Positions 18,293 through 27,567 of a stretch of 64,000 bases of DNA are shown here, in pieces. Source of the DNA: Candidatus Aegiribacteria sp. (lineage in GTDB: Bacteria; Fermentibacterota; Fermentibacteria; Fermentibacterales; JCC-6); contig JAUWMQ010000001.1 in NCBI GenBank assembly GCA_030613065.1, positions 15,648-79,647 of the forward strand, in the 5' to 3' direction. Positions within the stretch are counted from its first letter, which is position 1; every line of letters starts with the position of its first letter. The notes under the pieces were generated by a model. That model was given only the letters and a program-made list of their open reading frames with translations. It did not search any database and was not told the DNA's origin. Position numbers and translations under genes: made by a program.

Positions 18293-19552
18293 TTACTCTA
18301 TAATCGGACTGGTTACAAGAGCACGGAGCCAGTCCAGAATGTGAGTGTTCGCTACAACATCTATTATGCCGAATATCAGTGCTAACGTTATGAATCCCAT
18401 TATAATGCCCTTGCAGGCATCCTGCCCCTTCAGAGCGCCTATCTGTTTGGGCTCCCGCCCGAGGTACGCGCTGGCGGCGTACAGTTCCTCGCCTATCAGC
18501 GTATAGTCACAGGTTGTTATGAAGAAGGGCAGCTGGGTTACAGCATCGGTTCCGGCTATCTGAATGGCTCCGGAGAGGGAACCGGTCTCGGCAAGCAGCA
18601 GCGATTCGGCATAGAACATCCCGAGGTAGAAATTGGTGGCCGGTTTCTCTCTCATCATCATGCCATTGACACCCGCGACATAAGCGAACTGGCTGGTGGT
18701 GAGGAAGAAGACCGAATCCGGATCGTACGCGTCGGGACGTCCGGCTTCGAGGTATGCCTGTTTTACCACTTCCTCGGCTACCGTAAATACGATAGGATCA
18801 CGGTTGGGTACAATGAGCGGCGTCTGATACAGAGCTATCTTCTTGGCCACCCTTCCCAGAATGGTGAGGCTGGCGATGGTTGCCACGTCTGCGATGCTGG
18901 AAATCCCAGGTACGTAGAGAATAGGTTTCCCCATTTCGGTGGCTCTTCCTATAGCCTCATCGATGGCCTCTATACCGGCGATGGGCCGCATGTACATCTT
19001 TATGCCCCTCTGTGCTCTTCCGAAGTAGTAGAAGATGAGCAGGATGAACAGCAGACTTGCAATAAGTATCCTTGTTTTGCCGGTATGGTATATTTCACCC
19101 ACCGAGACAGCACCTGCTTCGAAAACAGGTCCGAAGAACTCCTCGCCATCAAGGGTTGCAGACGCAATCCTGTATTCGTACAGAACTCCCGGTTCGATCG
19201 GAAACTCGGGATCGAAACCATCGATGAACTCTGTCGGTTCAATCACAGGGATAATCTCTGCCAGTGTCCAGGAGTCTTCACCCTCTGCACCGGCAACACG
19301 CCGGTAGACATTGTAGGCAAAAACACCTGCAGTATTTTCCGGCGGTTCGAAGGAAACCACAAGCTGGTCTCCGGCATCGTTATCCTTATCCAGCACTGTG
19401 ACAATACCAGGCACATCAAGTCCGGGATCAGGTTCCTCCAGCTGTTCTCCTGCTACTGGTGTCAATATTTCGTCAACGCCCTGAGCAACTGACAGAGAAG
19501 GCAGCAGAAGGAGAATCATGAGGGCTGGAATACCTATCCAGTTCTTCCGCAT
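18293..19552 (-). CDS. Secreted/membrane protein: signal peptide + Ig/FN3-like ectodomain + TM + conserved-looking domain, unknown family (operon gene A)
   Basis: 419 aa. Signal peptide MRKNWIGIPALMILLLLPSLSVAQG, a beta-rich ~140 aa region (FAYNVYRR...YEYRIASATLDG), TM ILIASLLFILLIFYYFG, then ~230 aa ending in another TM. ATG lies after AGGTGG. Confidence 0.75.
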   Translation of the reverse strand: MRKNWIGIPALMILLLLPSLSVAQGVDEILTPVAGEQLEEPDPGLDVPGIVTVLDKDNDAGDQLVVSFEPPENTAGVFAYNVYRRVAGAEGEDSWTLAEIIPVIEPTEFIDGFDPEFPIEPGVLYEYRIASATLDGEEFFGPVFEAGAVSVGEIYHTGKTRILIASLLFILLIFYYFGRAQRGIKMYMRPIAGIEAIDEAIGRATEMGKPILYVPGISSIADVATIASLTILGRVAKKIALYQTPLIVPNRDPIVFTVAEEVVKQAYLEAGRPDAYDPDSVFFLTTSQFAYVAGVNGMMMREKPATNFYLGMFYAESLLLAETGSLSGAIQIAGTDAVTQLPFFITTCDYTLIGEELYAASAYLGREPKQIGALKGQDACKGIIMGFITLALIFGIIDVVANTHILDWLRALVTSPIIE

Positions 19553-19586
19553 GGATCCACCTTTCAGTTGAATGATCTTATACTTT

Positions 19587-20495
19587 TTACTCGAAAAATT
19601 CGTTTATCTCGCGGGCCACTTCGGCACCCACACGCTTTGAGGCGGCAGCGCTTCCGGCTCCGATATGAGGTGTAGCCACTGTTCTTTCGTATTCCACAAG
19701 GGTATTTCCTTTGGCTGGTTCCTCTTCGTAAACGTCAACTCCCGCGGCGAATACCTTCCCGGATTTCATTGCTTCCAGAAGGGCTGTTTCGTTTACCGTA
19801 CCTCCTCTGGCGCAGTTCACTACGATCACTCCATCCTTCATCATATCGAACTGAGGAGCGTCCAGAAGGTAATGTGTTTCCTTATTGTGAGGAATGTGAA
19901 GGCTTACGAAATCGGATTGTTTGCAGAGGGTATCAAGATCAACCTTCTGCGCACCTTCTGCATTATCAACAAAGGGATCGAAGAAAATTACGTTCATCCC
20001 GAATGCTTTTGCCCTTATAGCCACTTCCTGCGCGATTCGTCCGTATCCGATAAGACCCAGTGTCGAATTCCAGAGCTCTTTGCCTTTACCGTACGCTTTC
20101 TTGTTCCACTCGCCTTTTTTCATGGTGCAGTTCGCCGGACCAAGAAAGCGGCTGCATGCCAGCATATGGGCAAATGCAAGCTCGGCTACGGCAACGCTGC
20201 TGGCTGCAGGAGTATTCCGGACCGCTATGCCCAGTGCGGCGGCGTCATCAAGGTCGATGTTATCAAGTCCTACTCCGCCGCGGACTATCAGCTTCAGATT
20301 ACCTTTTGCAGCTTTTTCGAGTACGGGCTTTCTGACCTTCGTTGCGCTGCGTACAACCAGAGCGTCGAACTGCGGGGCAACCTCCATCAGTTCTTCCGGT
20401 GACATACCTGTTTTCTCAACAACTTCATGGCCGCCTTTTCGGATAGCTTCAAGAGCATCCTCGGCAACCGCATCACAAATGAGCACTCGTGCCAT
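19587..20495 (-). CDS. D-isomer-specific 2-hydroxyacid dehydrogenase (short SerA-like phosphoglycerate dehydrogenase, no ACT domain)
   Basis: 302 aa. NAD-binding site GLIGYGRIAQEV, LVVRSATKV, catalytic region ARGG...PHIGA. Confidence 0.85.
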   Translation of the reverse strand: MARVLICDAVAEDALEAIRKGGHEVVEKTGMSPEELMEVAPQFDALVVRSATKVRKPVLEKAAKGNLKLIVRGGVGLDNIDLDDAAALGIAVRNTPAASSVAVAELAFAHMLACSRFLGPANCTMKKGEWNKKAYGKGKELWNSTLGLIGYGRIAQEVAIRAKAFGMNVIFFDPFVDNAEGAQKVDLDTLCKQSDFVSLHIPHNKETHYLLDAPQFDMMKDGVIVVNCARGGTVNETALLEAMKSGKVFAAGVDVYEEEPAKGNTLVEYERTVATPHIGAGSAAASKRVGAEVAREINEFFE

Positions 20496-20556
20496 TTAAT
20501 CCCTCCTGTTTTCATTATTTGAATAACGATCAGCAACTCATCCCAAGATATTAAGC

Positions 20557-20585
20557 ATACTACAGATGACCCGGATTCAAGTCAA
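20557..20585 (-). promoter_or_regulatory. Sigma70-like promoter upstream of the serA-like gene (TTGACT-N17-TAGTAT)
   Basis: Minus-strand reading: TTGACT (20585-20580), a 17-nt spacer, then TAGTAT (20562-20557), ~60 nt upstream of ATG 20495. Confidence 0.4.
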
Positions 20586-20597
20586 TAACATAGGGAG

Positions 20598-20625
20598 TTT
20601 CACTGCATTCATCCGACCAGTGAAA
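20598..20625 (-). terminator. Hairpin 9 nt downstream of the transketolase stop (terminator-like, no U-tract)
   Basis: TTTCACTG (20598-20605) pairs with CAGTGAAA (20618-20625) across a 12-nt loop. Confidence 0.35.
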
Positions 20626-20633
20626 GGGGTTCT

Positions 20634-21572
20634 TCATTGAAGTAACCTTTGTGCTTTCTCGACTATTGCAGATGCTGTAAGCCCGAATTTCGCCATCACT
20701 TCGGAGGGTGACCCGCTTGTGCCGAAACTGTCCCGGACAGAAACGGTATCCATGGGAACCGGCATTTCAAGCGCAAGGGTTTCCGCAACTGCGCAGAAGA
20801 GACCTCCTGTTGACTGGTGATCCTCGGCTACAACGACGGCTCCCGTCTTCTCAACCTGTCCCAAAAGCAGTTCTCTGTCCAGGGGTTTCACTGAAATCAT
20901 GTCAATAACTCCTGCGGAAATACCTCTTCCATTAAGAATGGATGCCGCCTCGATGGATAAACTCACCATTGCTCCACACGCAACAAGTGTTACGTCATTC
21001 CCATCAATCAGCAGATTTCCTCGGCCTATCTTCACCTTTTCATCACTGGTGTAAAGCTGAGGAACGGGATTTCTTCCGAAGCGTATGTAAACGGGACCCT
21101 CAGCTTCAATAGACGCAAGAACCGATGCCCTCGTCTGATTGGAGTCCGCCGGTACGAGGATCTTCATGTTGGGGAGCACCCGCATGAGGGCCACATCCTC
21201 CAGAGCCTGGTGGGTTGCTCCATCCGGCCCGACGCTCAACCCGCCGTGCGCGCCGGCGATTCGAACATCAAGGTTCATATAGCAGATGCCTGTCCTTATC
21301 TGATCCCACGCACGGCCGGCAATAAATACACCGTACGTTCCCACAAATGGTATGAACCCCTCGAGGGCAAGACCTGCCGCTTCGCCCAGCATATCCTGCT
21401 CGCTTACTCCAAGGTTGAAAAACCTGTCGGGGAATGCCTCTCTGAAAGAATTGCTTCCGATGGATCGGGATACATCTCCTTCGACCACAACAACCCGGCT
21501 GTTCTCTCTTCCAGCCTGCATAATCCCCTCAACATACCCTTCCCTCGTCGGTTTCAGGTTAAGATCCTTCAT
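20634..21572 (-). CDS. Transketolase, C-terminal (pyrimidine-binding) subunit
   Basis: 312 aa split-transketolase B subunit (FNLGVSEQDMLGEAAGLA, GPDGATHQALEDVALMR). Overlaps the N-terminal subunit by 4 nt. Confidence 0.9.
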   Translation of the reverse strand: MKDLNLKPTREGYVEGIMQAGRENSRVVVVEGDVSRSIGSNSFREAFPDRFFNLGVSEQDMLGEAAGLALEGFIPFVGTYGVFIAGRAWDQIRTGICYMNLDVRIAGAHGGLSVGPDGATHQALEDVALMRVLPNMKILVPADSNQTRASVLASIEAEGPVYIRFGRNPVPQLYTSDEKVKIGRGNLLIDGNDVTLVACGAMVSLSIEAASILNGRGISAGVIDMISVKPLDRELLLGQVEKTGAVVVAEDHQSTGGLFCAVAETLALEMPVPMDTVSVRDSFGTSGSPSEVMAKFGLTASAIVEKAQRLLQ

Positions 21573-22390
21573 GAAAGACCTCCCTGAATCTCACTTACAG
21601 CTGCCGCATATTCCTTTTCATCCGGGCATCTGCCGTGCCACAGGCATGTGTTCTCCATGAATGAAACACCTTTCCCCTTCACCGTATCGGCGAGTATAAC
21701 CGATGGGAACGGAGTTTCTGAGCAGTGCTCAAATGCCTTTTCAAGGGACGGAAAACTGTGTCCATCGGCGACTATCACATCCCATCCGAATGCCAGCCAT
21801 TTGTCAACGAGAGGTTCTATCTCCATTACCTCCGAAACCGGCCCATCCAGCTGTACGCGATTCCGATCCACAATGGCTGTAAGATGTTTAAGATTGTAAT
21901 GGGATGCGGTCATTGCCGCTTCCCATACACTTCCCTCCTGCAGCTCTCCATCACCCAGCAGGCAGAATACGCGGCTCTTCCTGCCATCCAGCCTTAGCCC
22001 GTGAGCAATTCCGCACGCTATGGAGAGACCCTGTCCCAGGCTTCCGGTGGAGGCATCCAGACCTGGAAGGACGAGCATGTTTGGATGACCCTGCAGCCTG
22101 GATCCGAATTTCCTGAGGGTCAGAAGTTCAGCAGGATCGAAATACCCCCTTCTGGCGAGAACCGAATAGAGTGCGGGACACGCGTGACCCTTGGAGAGAA
22201 TGAACCTGTCCCTCCCTCCCCAGCGGGGCTCCTCTGGACGATTATTCATCACATTCCAGTACAGCTCAACAAGAGTCTCTACTGAGGAAAACGAACCCCC
22301 CGGATGGCCGCTTCCTGCAGCCCTGATCATCTCAAGCACATCCAATCGAACGCACAGGGCCAGGTCTTGCATTTGCGCATTATCTATCAT
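21569..22390 (-). CDS. Transketolase, N-terminal (TPP-binding) subunit
   Basis: 273 aa. GSGHPGGSFSSVE, GSLGQGLSIA, LLGDGELQEGSVWEA. Confidence 0.9.
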   Translation of the reverse strand: MIDNAQMQDLALCVRLDVLEMIRAAGSGHPGGSFSSVETLVELYWNVMNNRPEEPRWGGRDRFILSKGHACPALYSVLARRGYFDPAELLTLRKFGSRLQGHPNMLVLPGLDASTGSLGQGLSIACGIAHGLRLDGRKSRVFCLLGDGELQEGSVWEAAMTASHYNLKHLTAIVDRNRVQLDGPVSEVMEIEPLVDKWLAFGWDVIVADGHSFPSLEKAFEHCSETPFPSVILADTVKGKGVSFMENTCLWHGRCPDEKEYAAAVSEIQGGLS

Positions 22391-22444
22391 TTATTGACCT
22401 CATCAAAATAATAAACCAATTATTCCAGTCCAAAAGGAATTTTC

Positions 22445-24619
22445 TCATTCAAGGTCTTTCATTGAGCCTTTCTGCTTCAAAATGGGAATAGGCACATACC
22501 CGGTTACAAGTGTTTTGGGTTCATCAAATCCGAAATCAACCGTTATCCTCCATTCAGATCCGGTTCTCACAGCTTTTCTCACAAGTCCCCTGCCATACCT
22601 TGGATGACTGATGAGATTTCCGCTGCTGTAAGCAGTAATGTTCTCATTCGCGTCTTCAAAGTCATCTTTTACAACCCCGGCAGAGAATGAGCGCTTTGCA
22701 GGCGGTATTCTGGTCTCCCCGCTTGCGATTTCGGTTATGAACCTGGATGGACCCGATTGTGATACTCCCCCCCTTTTCCTGTTCATTGCACATGTCAGCA
22801 GCAGCCTTTCCCGGGCTCTTGTCATACCCACATAAAGAAGTCTTCTTTCCTCTTCCATATTCGAAGGTGCGAATTCACCCGGTCTTATGAAAGGAAGCAT
22901 GCCCTCCTCAAGTCCTGCGACAAAAACAGTATTGAATTCAAGACCTTTGGCACAGTGAAGGGTCATCAGGGCAATTTTGCCGCTGTTCTCTCCCTCATAC
23001 CCGTCAACGGTTGTAGCCAGGCTGATCTCCGTCATGAAACCGGGCAAGCCTCCACCTGGAACGGCCTGATCGTATTCTGATACACTTCTTCTGAACTCAG
23101 CGATATTCTCAAGACGTGATTGATCGGTGATATCTTCCGTGTTGTACTGCTCCGCTAAACCTGTGCTGTCAATAAGACTGTCAACTATTTCAGAAACTGA
23201 TACACCTTCCGCAGTTTTTTCTCCGGCAAGCCTGAACCATTCTCCAAGCATTTTCAGCTCCTTCGATGCCTTGGAAGTGATACCATTGATACCATCGGAA
23301 ATGAGCATTGCATCCAAAGGAGCCATTCCCTTCGAATCCATATAAGTAAAAAAGGATGCTCTCCCTTTCCCTCCCACACCCCTTGCAGGTTTGTTGATTA
23401 TTCGCTCAAGGCTGAGACGGTCTTCAGGATTGATAATGATTCGCAGATAAGCGATAATATCCTTAATCTCCATGCGCTCATAGAATCTCTGAGATCCCAC
23501 GACTTCGTAGTTAACACCATGCTTTCTGCTGGCAGTCTCGAACTGACGTGACTGTGCGTTCGTCCTGTATAACACCGCAATTGAATCACGCGGACATGAG
23601 CCGTCTTCAATCAGTTCCATTATTTCATTAAGTATCCATTCCGCTTCTTCGACTTCATTGTAAAGGTATTTGACAGTTATCGGATGCCCTGCATCCTGTT
23701 TTGTCCATAGTGTTTTACCATGTCTTTTTAAATTGTGATTTACTAATGAGGATGCTCCTCGAAGAATATTTCCGGTAGATCTGTAATTCTCTTCCAGTCT
23801 GATAATCCTGGTTCCGGGAAAATCCTTAGAAAACTCCAGAATGTTCTCTACACAAGCACCTCTCCATGCATATATGGACTGATCATCATCACCCACAACG
23901 CAAACTCCCGCACCATCCTTTGCAAGTTCCTTCAGAAGTTCATGCTGAACTTTATTAGTATCCTGGTATTCATCAACAAGAATGTAAGAGAACATTGAAG
24001 AATAATGCTTTCTTGCGTCATTATTTTGACGAAATATACTAAGAACTCCTGTCAATAAATCGTCAAAATCAAATGCCCCGGAGGATTTCAATCGCTCCTG
24101 GTATTTAAGATATACTTCGGCCAGATCGATATCACTCTGACTGGATGCCTGCTGCATCGCTTCCTCAGCTCCAATACCTTCATTCTTGTTCCTTGAGATG
24201 TACCCCCTCATGAGACCGGGAGTAATTTTTGTTGATGAACTTATACTCTTCAGAAGCCTTCTAATCAGGGTTTTCTGATCATCAGCATCGTAAATTGTAA
24301 AATTCTCATTGTACCCAAGGTAGTGAGCTTCACGCCTCAGAATCCAGGCGCAGATAGAATGGAATGTTCCCAATTTAACCCTGGAGCCTTTTCCGGGAAG
24401 AATGCTCTCTACCCGTTCTCTCATTTCCTGCGCAGCTTTATTTGTGAAGGTCATAGCAAGAATCTCCCATGGCTCCGCATAACCTTCTTCTATAATACCT
24501 GCTATTTTGGCGGTAAGAACTCTTGTTTTGCCGCTGCCTGCACCGGCAAGAACAAGAAGAGGACCACCTGTATAATCTACAGCTTCCCTCTGCCTGGAAT
24601 TCAGTTCATCTTTAATCAT
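22445..24619 (-). CDS. pcrA: UvrD/PcrA-type ATP-dependent DNA helicase (SF1)
   Basis: 724 aa. Walker A GAGSGKTRVL, motif II DEYQDTN, YRTNAQSR, and C-terminal LYVGMTRARERL. Confidence 0.92.
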   Translation of the reverse strand: MIKDELNSRQREAVDYTGGPLLVLAGAGSGKTRVLTAKIAGIIEEGYAEPWEILAMTFTNKAAQEMRERVESILPGKGSRVKLGTFHSICAWILRREAHYLGYNENFTIYDADDQKTLIRRLLKSISSSTKITPGLMRGYISRNKNEGIGAEEAMQQASSQSDIDLAEVYLKYQERLKSSGAFDFDDLLTGVLSIFRQNNDARKHYSSMFSYILVDEYQDTNKVQHELLKELAKDGAGVCVVGDDDQSIYAWRGACVENILEFSKDFPGTRIIRLEENYRSTGNILRGASSLVNHNLKRHGKTLWTKQDAGHPITVKYLYNEVEEAEWILNEIMELIEDGSCPRDSIAVLYRTNAQSRQFETASRKHGVNYEVVGSQRFYERMEIKDIIAYLRIIINPEDRLSLERIINKPARGVGGKGRASFFTYMDSKGMAPLDAMLISDGINGITSKASKELKMLGEWFRLAGEKTAEGVSVSEIVDSLIDSTGLAEQYNTEDITDQSRLENIAEFRRSVSEYDQAVPGGGLPGFMTEISLATTVDGYEGENSGKIALMTLHCAKGLEFNTVFVAGLEEGMLPFIRPGEFAPSNMEEERRLLYVGMTRARERLLLTCAMNRKRGGVSQSGPSRFITEIASGETRIPPAKRSFSAGVVKDDFEDANENITAYSSGNLISHPRYGRGLVRKAVRTGSEWRITVDFGFDEPKTLVTGYVPIPILKQKGSMKDLE

Positions 24620-24702
24620 AATTTGTTTCTAGTAGTTGGAAAGAATCTTGCTTTACTATTAATCGTTCGGTGGAAAATACAAAAGTACAAGGAGATTTTC
24701 AA

Positions 24703-24792
24703 ATGCAGAAGCCTGGGTTGAAAAACTGGATGATGGTCATTATTGCAGTGATTATCGTGCCGGCTTTCATTCTTGTAGTATTGCCGATCTGA
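24703..24792 (+). CDS. Candidate 29-aa single-helix membrane micro-protein
   Basis: Below the ORF-track cutoff. AAGGAG (24689-24694) is followed 8 nt later by ATG. Product is MQKPGLKNWMMVIIAVIIVPAFILVVLPI, with stop TGA at 24790-24792. It lies opposite to both flanking genes in the 281-nt deoC-pcrA spacer. Confidence 0.3.
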   Translation: MQKPGLKNWMMVIIAVIIVPAFILVVLPI

Positions 24793-24840
24793 CCCCCTCC
24801 CTGATCGGCTGTAGAGAATGATTTGTGACCCAGGACATAA

Positions 24841-24873
24841 GCAGGCAACTGGTTGACCCCTCCAGTTGCCTGC
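24841..24873. terminator. Perfect 12-bp stem hairpin between deoC and pcrA
   Basis: GCAGGCAACTGG (24841-24852), loop TTGACCCCT, CCAGTTGCCTGC (24862-24873). It lies 27 nt after the deoC stop. No clear U-tract on either strand. Confidence 0.45.
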
Positions 24874-24900
24874 GCTAATATTACTGCACGAATTGTGTCA

Positions 24901-25554
24901 TCAGGCATTCAAAGACTCAATTATCTCTATGCTTCTGCTGCAGCCAAGTCTTCCAGCTCCAGCCTCTATCATCGCAAGTGCATCCATGAGAGTTCTGATC
25001 CCACCTGAAGCCTTCACACCAAGTGTTTTCCCGACAATACTTCGCATAAGAGCAACATCAGATACCGTAGCACCGCCGGTGTTGAAACCAGTGGAAGTTT
25101 TGACCCAGGAAGCACCGCTGTCCATAGCGATTCTGCATGCAAGAACCTTCTCCTCGTCAGTTAGAAGACAGGTTTCAAGAATAACCTTGACCGGTTTTCC
25201 TGAAGACGCATGGACAACATCCTGAATACAGCCTGCTGTTTTCTTAATATTACCGTCCTTCAGATGCCCTATAGGTATCACCATGTCCAGCTCGCCGGCT
25301 CCCAGGTCCACAGCTTTCAAAGCTTCTTCTCCCATGCAGTTTGTTGCACCGAGTGGAAATCCTATGACGGAACAGACTATGGATCCGGATTCCCTTAATA
25401 TCTCTGAAGCGACCGGCACCCACATTGGATTGATACAAGCGGAATAGAATCCGTAACGAATCGTCTCCTCGCAGAGTCTTTCAATTTCATTCTGAACGGT
25501 CTCTGGTTTAAGCAGTGTATGATCGATAAATGGAGCAAGTTCTGATCTGGTCAA
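24901..25554 (-). CDS. deoC: Deoxyribose-phosphate aldolase
   Basis: 217 aa. IDHTLLKPE, and the Schiff-base Lys context WVKTSTGF. Confidence 0.92.
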   Translation of the reverse strand: MTRSELAPFIDHTLLKPETVQNEIERLCEETIRYGFYSACINPMWVPVASEILRESGSIVCSVIGFPLGATNCMGEEALKAVDLGAGELDMVIPIGHLKDGNIKKTAGCIQDVVHASSGKPVKVILETCLLTDEEKVLACRIAMDSGASWVKTSTGFNTGGATVSDVALMRSIVGKTLGVKASGGIRTLMDALAMIEAGAGRLGCSRSIEIIESLNA

Positions 25555-25558
25555 ATAA

Positions 25559-26884
25559 CTAGCCTTCCCTTAGAAACAGCAGATTTATTCCGCCAGGATC
25601 AACAGACACGGATTCATCACTGTAAATAGTTCGACCATTTATTTCAATCCTGACAGGATGTTCTCCTGCGGGAAGCCTGAGACGGGCTACGAATATCTGA
25701 GAAGGCAGTGTAAGCCACGCTCTCAAGTCTGCCCGTTCAGTGACGGCACCTACAATACTCAGAAGGAACCCTGTAACACGAGAAATGTCACTGTTCTCCT
25801 CTGTAAGCTCCTCAACAAGCTGTTCCCCCGCCTCTGTCAAACCGGCCTTTACAGCCAGCCTGGCAACAGCTCTCGCGATATCACGTCCTGCATGATCCTC
25901 AAGGTTCTTTCTGGCTATAGCTGTAAGATCTTCTGCAAGGAATCCCTGAACCTGCGTGTTTCCAGAAGAAAGAGTGACCGACCAGGATTCATGCTGTTTG
26001 AGCGCTATTATGGCCGGGAGAGAGACTCTGTAAACCCGGTCGTTGAGAACAAAGGTATAGGATTTCTCTACCCTGGCAGGGATCATTCCAACTTCGAGAA
26101 TAACCACTAGTTCACCATGATCCTGATCTGGACCTTCGTTTTCCCAGCTCACTTCAGGCCAACGCGAGGAGTAGTCCTGAAACACCGATTGCATGCCAAG
26201 CACACTGGAAAGTCTCAGAATGTCGGATTTCACCCGCAAGGGGGCTGAAATGCCGTAATCCAATGCATACGAAGAATCGTATACATCGGCACTGTTCCTG
26301 TAAGCTATAAGGGCATTATTGAGATCTCCAGCTTTCTCGTAGAGAATACCCATGAGATATCTGATAAAGGCATCATCATTGTACCTGTTCTTGTTCTCTT
26401 CATAATTCTGGTTAAGCACTCGCAGCTTGTCGTTAACCCTTCTACATTCAACGAGAGCGTCCTCCATATTGTTTTCCGAGGCATAACTTGCTGCTAAGCA
26501 ATAATTAATAAAAACTTTCTCATAGTCTGCCCCTCGGAACTCGAGAGCCAGATCGCTGCTTAGAAATGCCTCAATTTCCTGCCCAAGTTCAATTCCCCGC
26601 TGCTGGTCGCTCAGTCTGTCAGCCTGAAGCAAAAGATTTTCAGCCGAGGAGAAATCACCTGAAAGCCGCATCAGATTGCCCAGTTCCATAAGGTAGAGAA
26701 GCCTGTTCCTGCCGGTTGAATCAGTAAAATTCTCTCTGAATTCCTCAAGGGCAAGATCAGGTCTATCCATCCTCAGATTTGAGGTTACCGGTCTCATTTC
26801 GCTGGTATAATCTGTTGCGCAGCCATATATTACAACTGCTAACGTAATTGCGATTATGGCTGATGAATAACATGGTCTGATCAT
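25559..26884 (-). CDS. TPR-like lipoprotein of unknown function (family often found next to LpoB-like genes)
   Basis: 441 aa. Lipobox VIYGC. The helical-repeat N-terminal half (LYLMELGNLMRLSGDFSSAENLL, YLMGILYEKAGDLNNALIAY) is followed by a beta-rich C-terminal half. Confidence 0.7.
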   Translation of the reverse strand: MIRPCYSSAIIAITLAVVIYGCATDYTSEMRPVTSNLRMDRPDLALEEFRENFTDSTGRNRLLYLMELGNLMRLSGDFSSAENLLLQADRLSDQQRGIELGQEIEAFLSSDLALEFRGADYEKVFINYCLAASYASENNMEDALVECRRVNDKLRVLNQNYEENKNRYNDDAFIRYLMGILYEKAGDLNNALIAYRNSADVYDSSYALDYGISAPLRVKSDILRLSSVLGMQSVFQDYSSRWPEVSWENEGPDQDHGELVVILEVGMIPARVEKSYTFVLNDRVYRVSLPAIIALKQHESWSVTLSSGNTQVQGFLAEDLTAIARKNLEDHAGRDIARAVARLAVKAGLTEAGEQLVEELTEENSDISRVTGFLLSIVGAVTERADLRAWLTLPSQIFVARLRLPAGEHPVRIEINGRTIYSDESVSVDPGGINLLFLREG

Positions 26885-26946
26885 AGCATTGCTATCTCCA
26901 TTACAGGACGGTCATTTAGAAGGTCAACAGGATTCGAGGGCTGTTT

Positions 26947-27549
26947 CTACCACTCAATCATTTTCTTGATCTCGAGGCTTCCAATCCAGGACTTAAGTGC
27001 TGTTTCAACATCGATAAGCTCCAGGCTGATCTGGTAGTAAATACTCCTGACACTACCTTCTTCATCAACTATTGATCCGACACTACCGGTCATGACATAG
27101 TCTGCACCGATCTCATGACCGAATGCAGCGGCAGTTGCCGGTGAGGCGAAGATTACCTGGTCTTCTCTTTCAGATCTGACTTCACCTCTGCTTGCTCCGC
27201 CTGCCGCTATCTGCACTTCACCCGATTCCAGAAGAGACTGTTCTATGGCATTCATGAAGATATCTGTGTTTATATGTTCTGAACTCTCGTTGAAGATGCA
27301 GCCTACAACAATTACCGGTCCTGCCGGGTGTTCCCCCCTGGTACCCCTGGATGCGAAATGCGTAAGCCATCTACCATCGAGACACTGGGTAATCATAGAG
27401 TCAGCCACCATGTGGGCATCGGTTTCATTCCAGTAACCGCTGAGATCGGTTACTGTATCAGGATCGGTTCGAGTAACTTCTCTGCCTCCACAGCCGGCAA
27501 TGAGAGCGATCAAGGCAGAAGTTACAAGGATCTTAAATGCATTATTCAT
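26947..27549 (-). CDS. LpoB-family lipoprotein (penicillin-binding protein activator LpoB-like)
   Basis: 200 aa. Lipobox LIAGC. The pattern VVGCIFNESSEHINTDIFMNAIEQSLLESG ... GADYVMTGSVGSI ... YQISLELIDVETALKSW matches the LpoB C-terminal domain architecture by eye. Confidence 0.7.
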   Translation of the reverse strand: MNNAFKILVTSALIALIAGCGGREVTRTDPDTVTDLSGYWNETDAHMVADSMITQCLDGRWLTHFASRGTRGEHPAGPVIVVGCIFNESSEHINTDIFMNAIEQSLLESGEVQIAAGGASRGEVRSEREDQVIFASPATAAAFGHEIGADYVMTGSVGSIVDEEGSVRSIYYQISLELIDVETALKSWIGSLEIKKMIEW

Positions 27550-27567
27550 AATATTTTCCTTTCGGTT

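Noticed and set aside
19665-20402. 245-aa plus-strand ORF (with 19921..20499 and others) opposite the serA-like gene
   Set aside because: The minus-strand frame encodes an unmistakable 2-hydroxyacid dehydrogenase. The long antisense ORFs are low-complexity (S/A/R/F-rich), as expected from stop-poor reverse frames.
24699-24908. 69-aa minus-strand ORF in the deoC-pcrA spacer
   Set aside because: It has no RBS, overlaps the deoC stop, has non-protein-like composition, and crosses the 12-bp hairpin. The opposite-strand 29-codon ORF with AAGGAG is the better (still weak) candidate.
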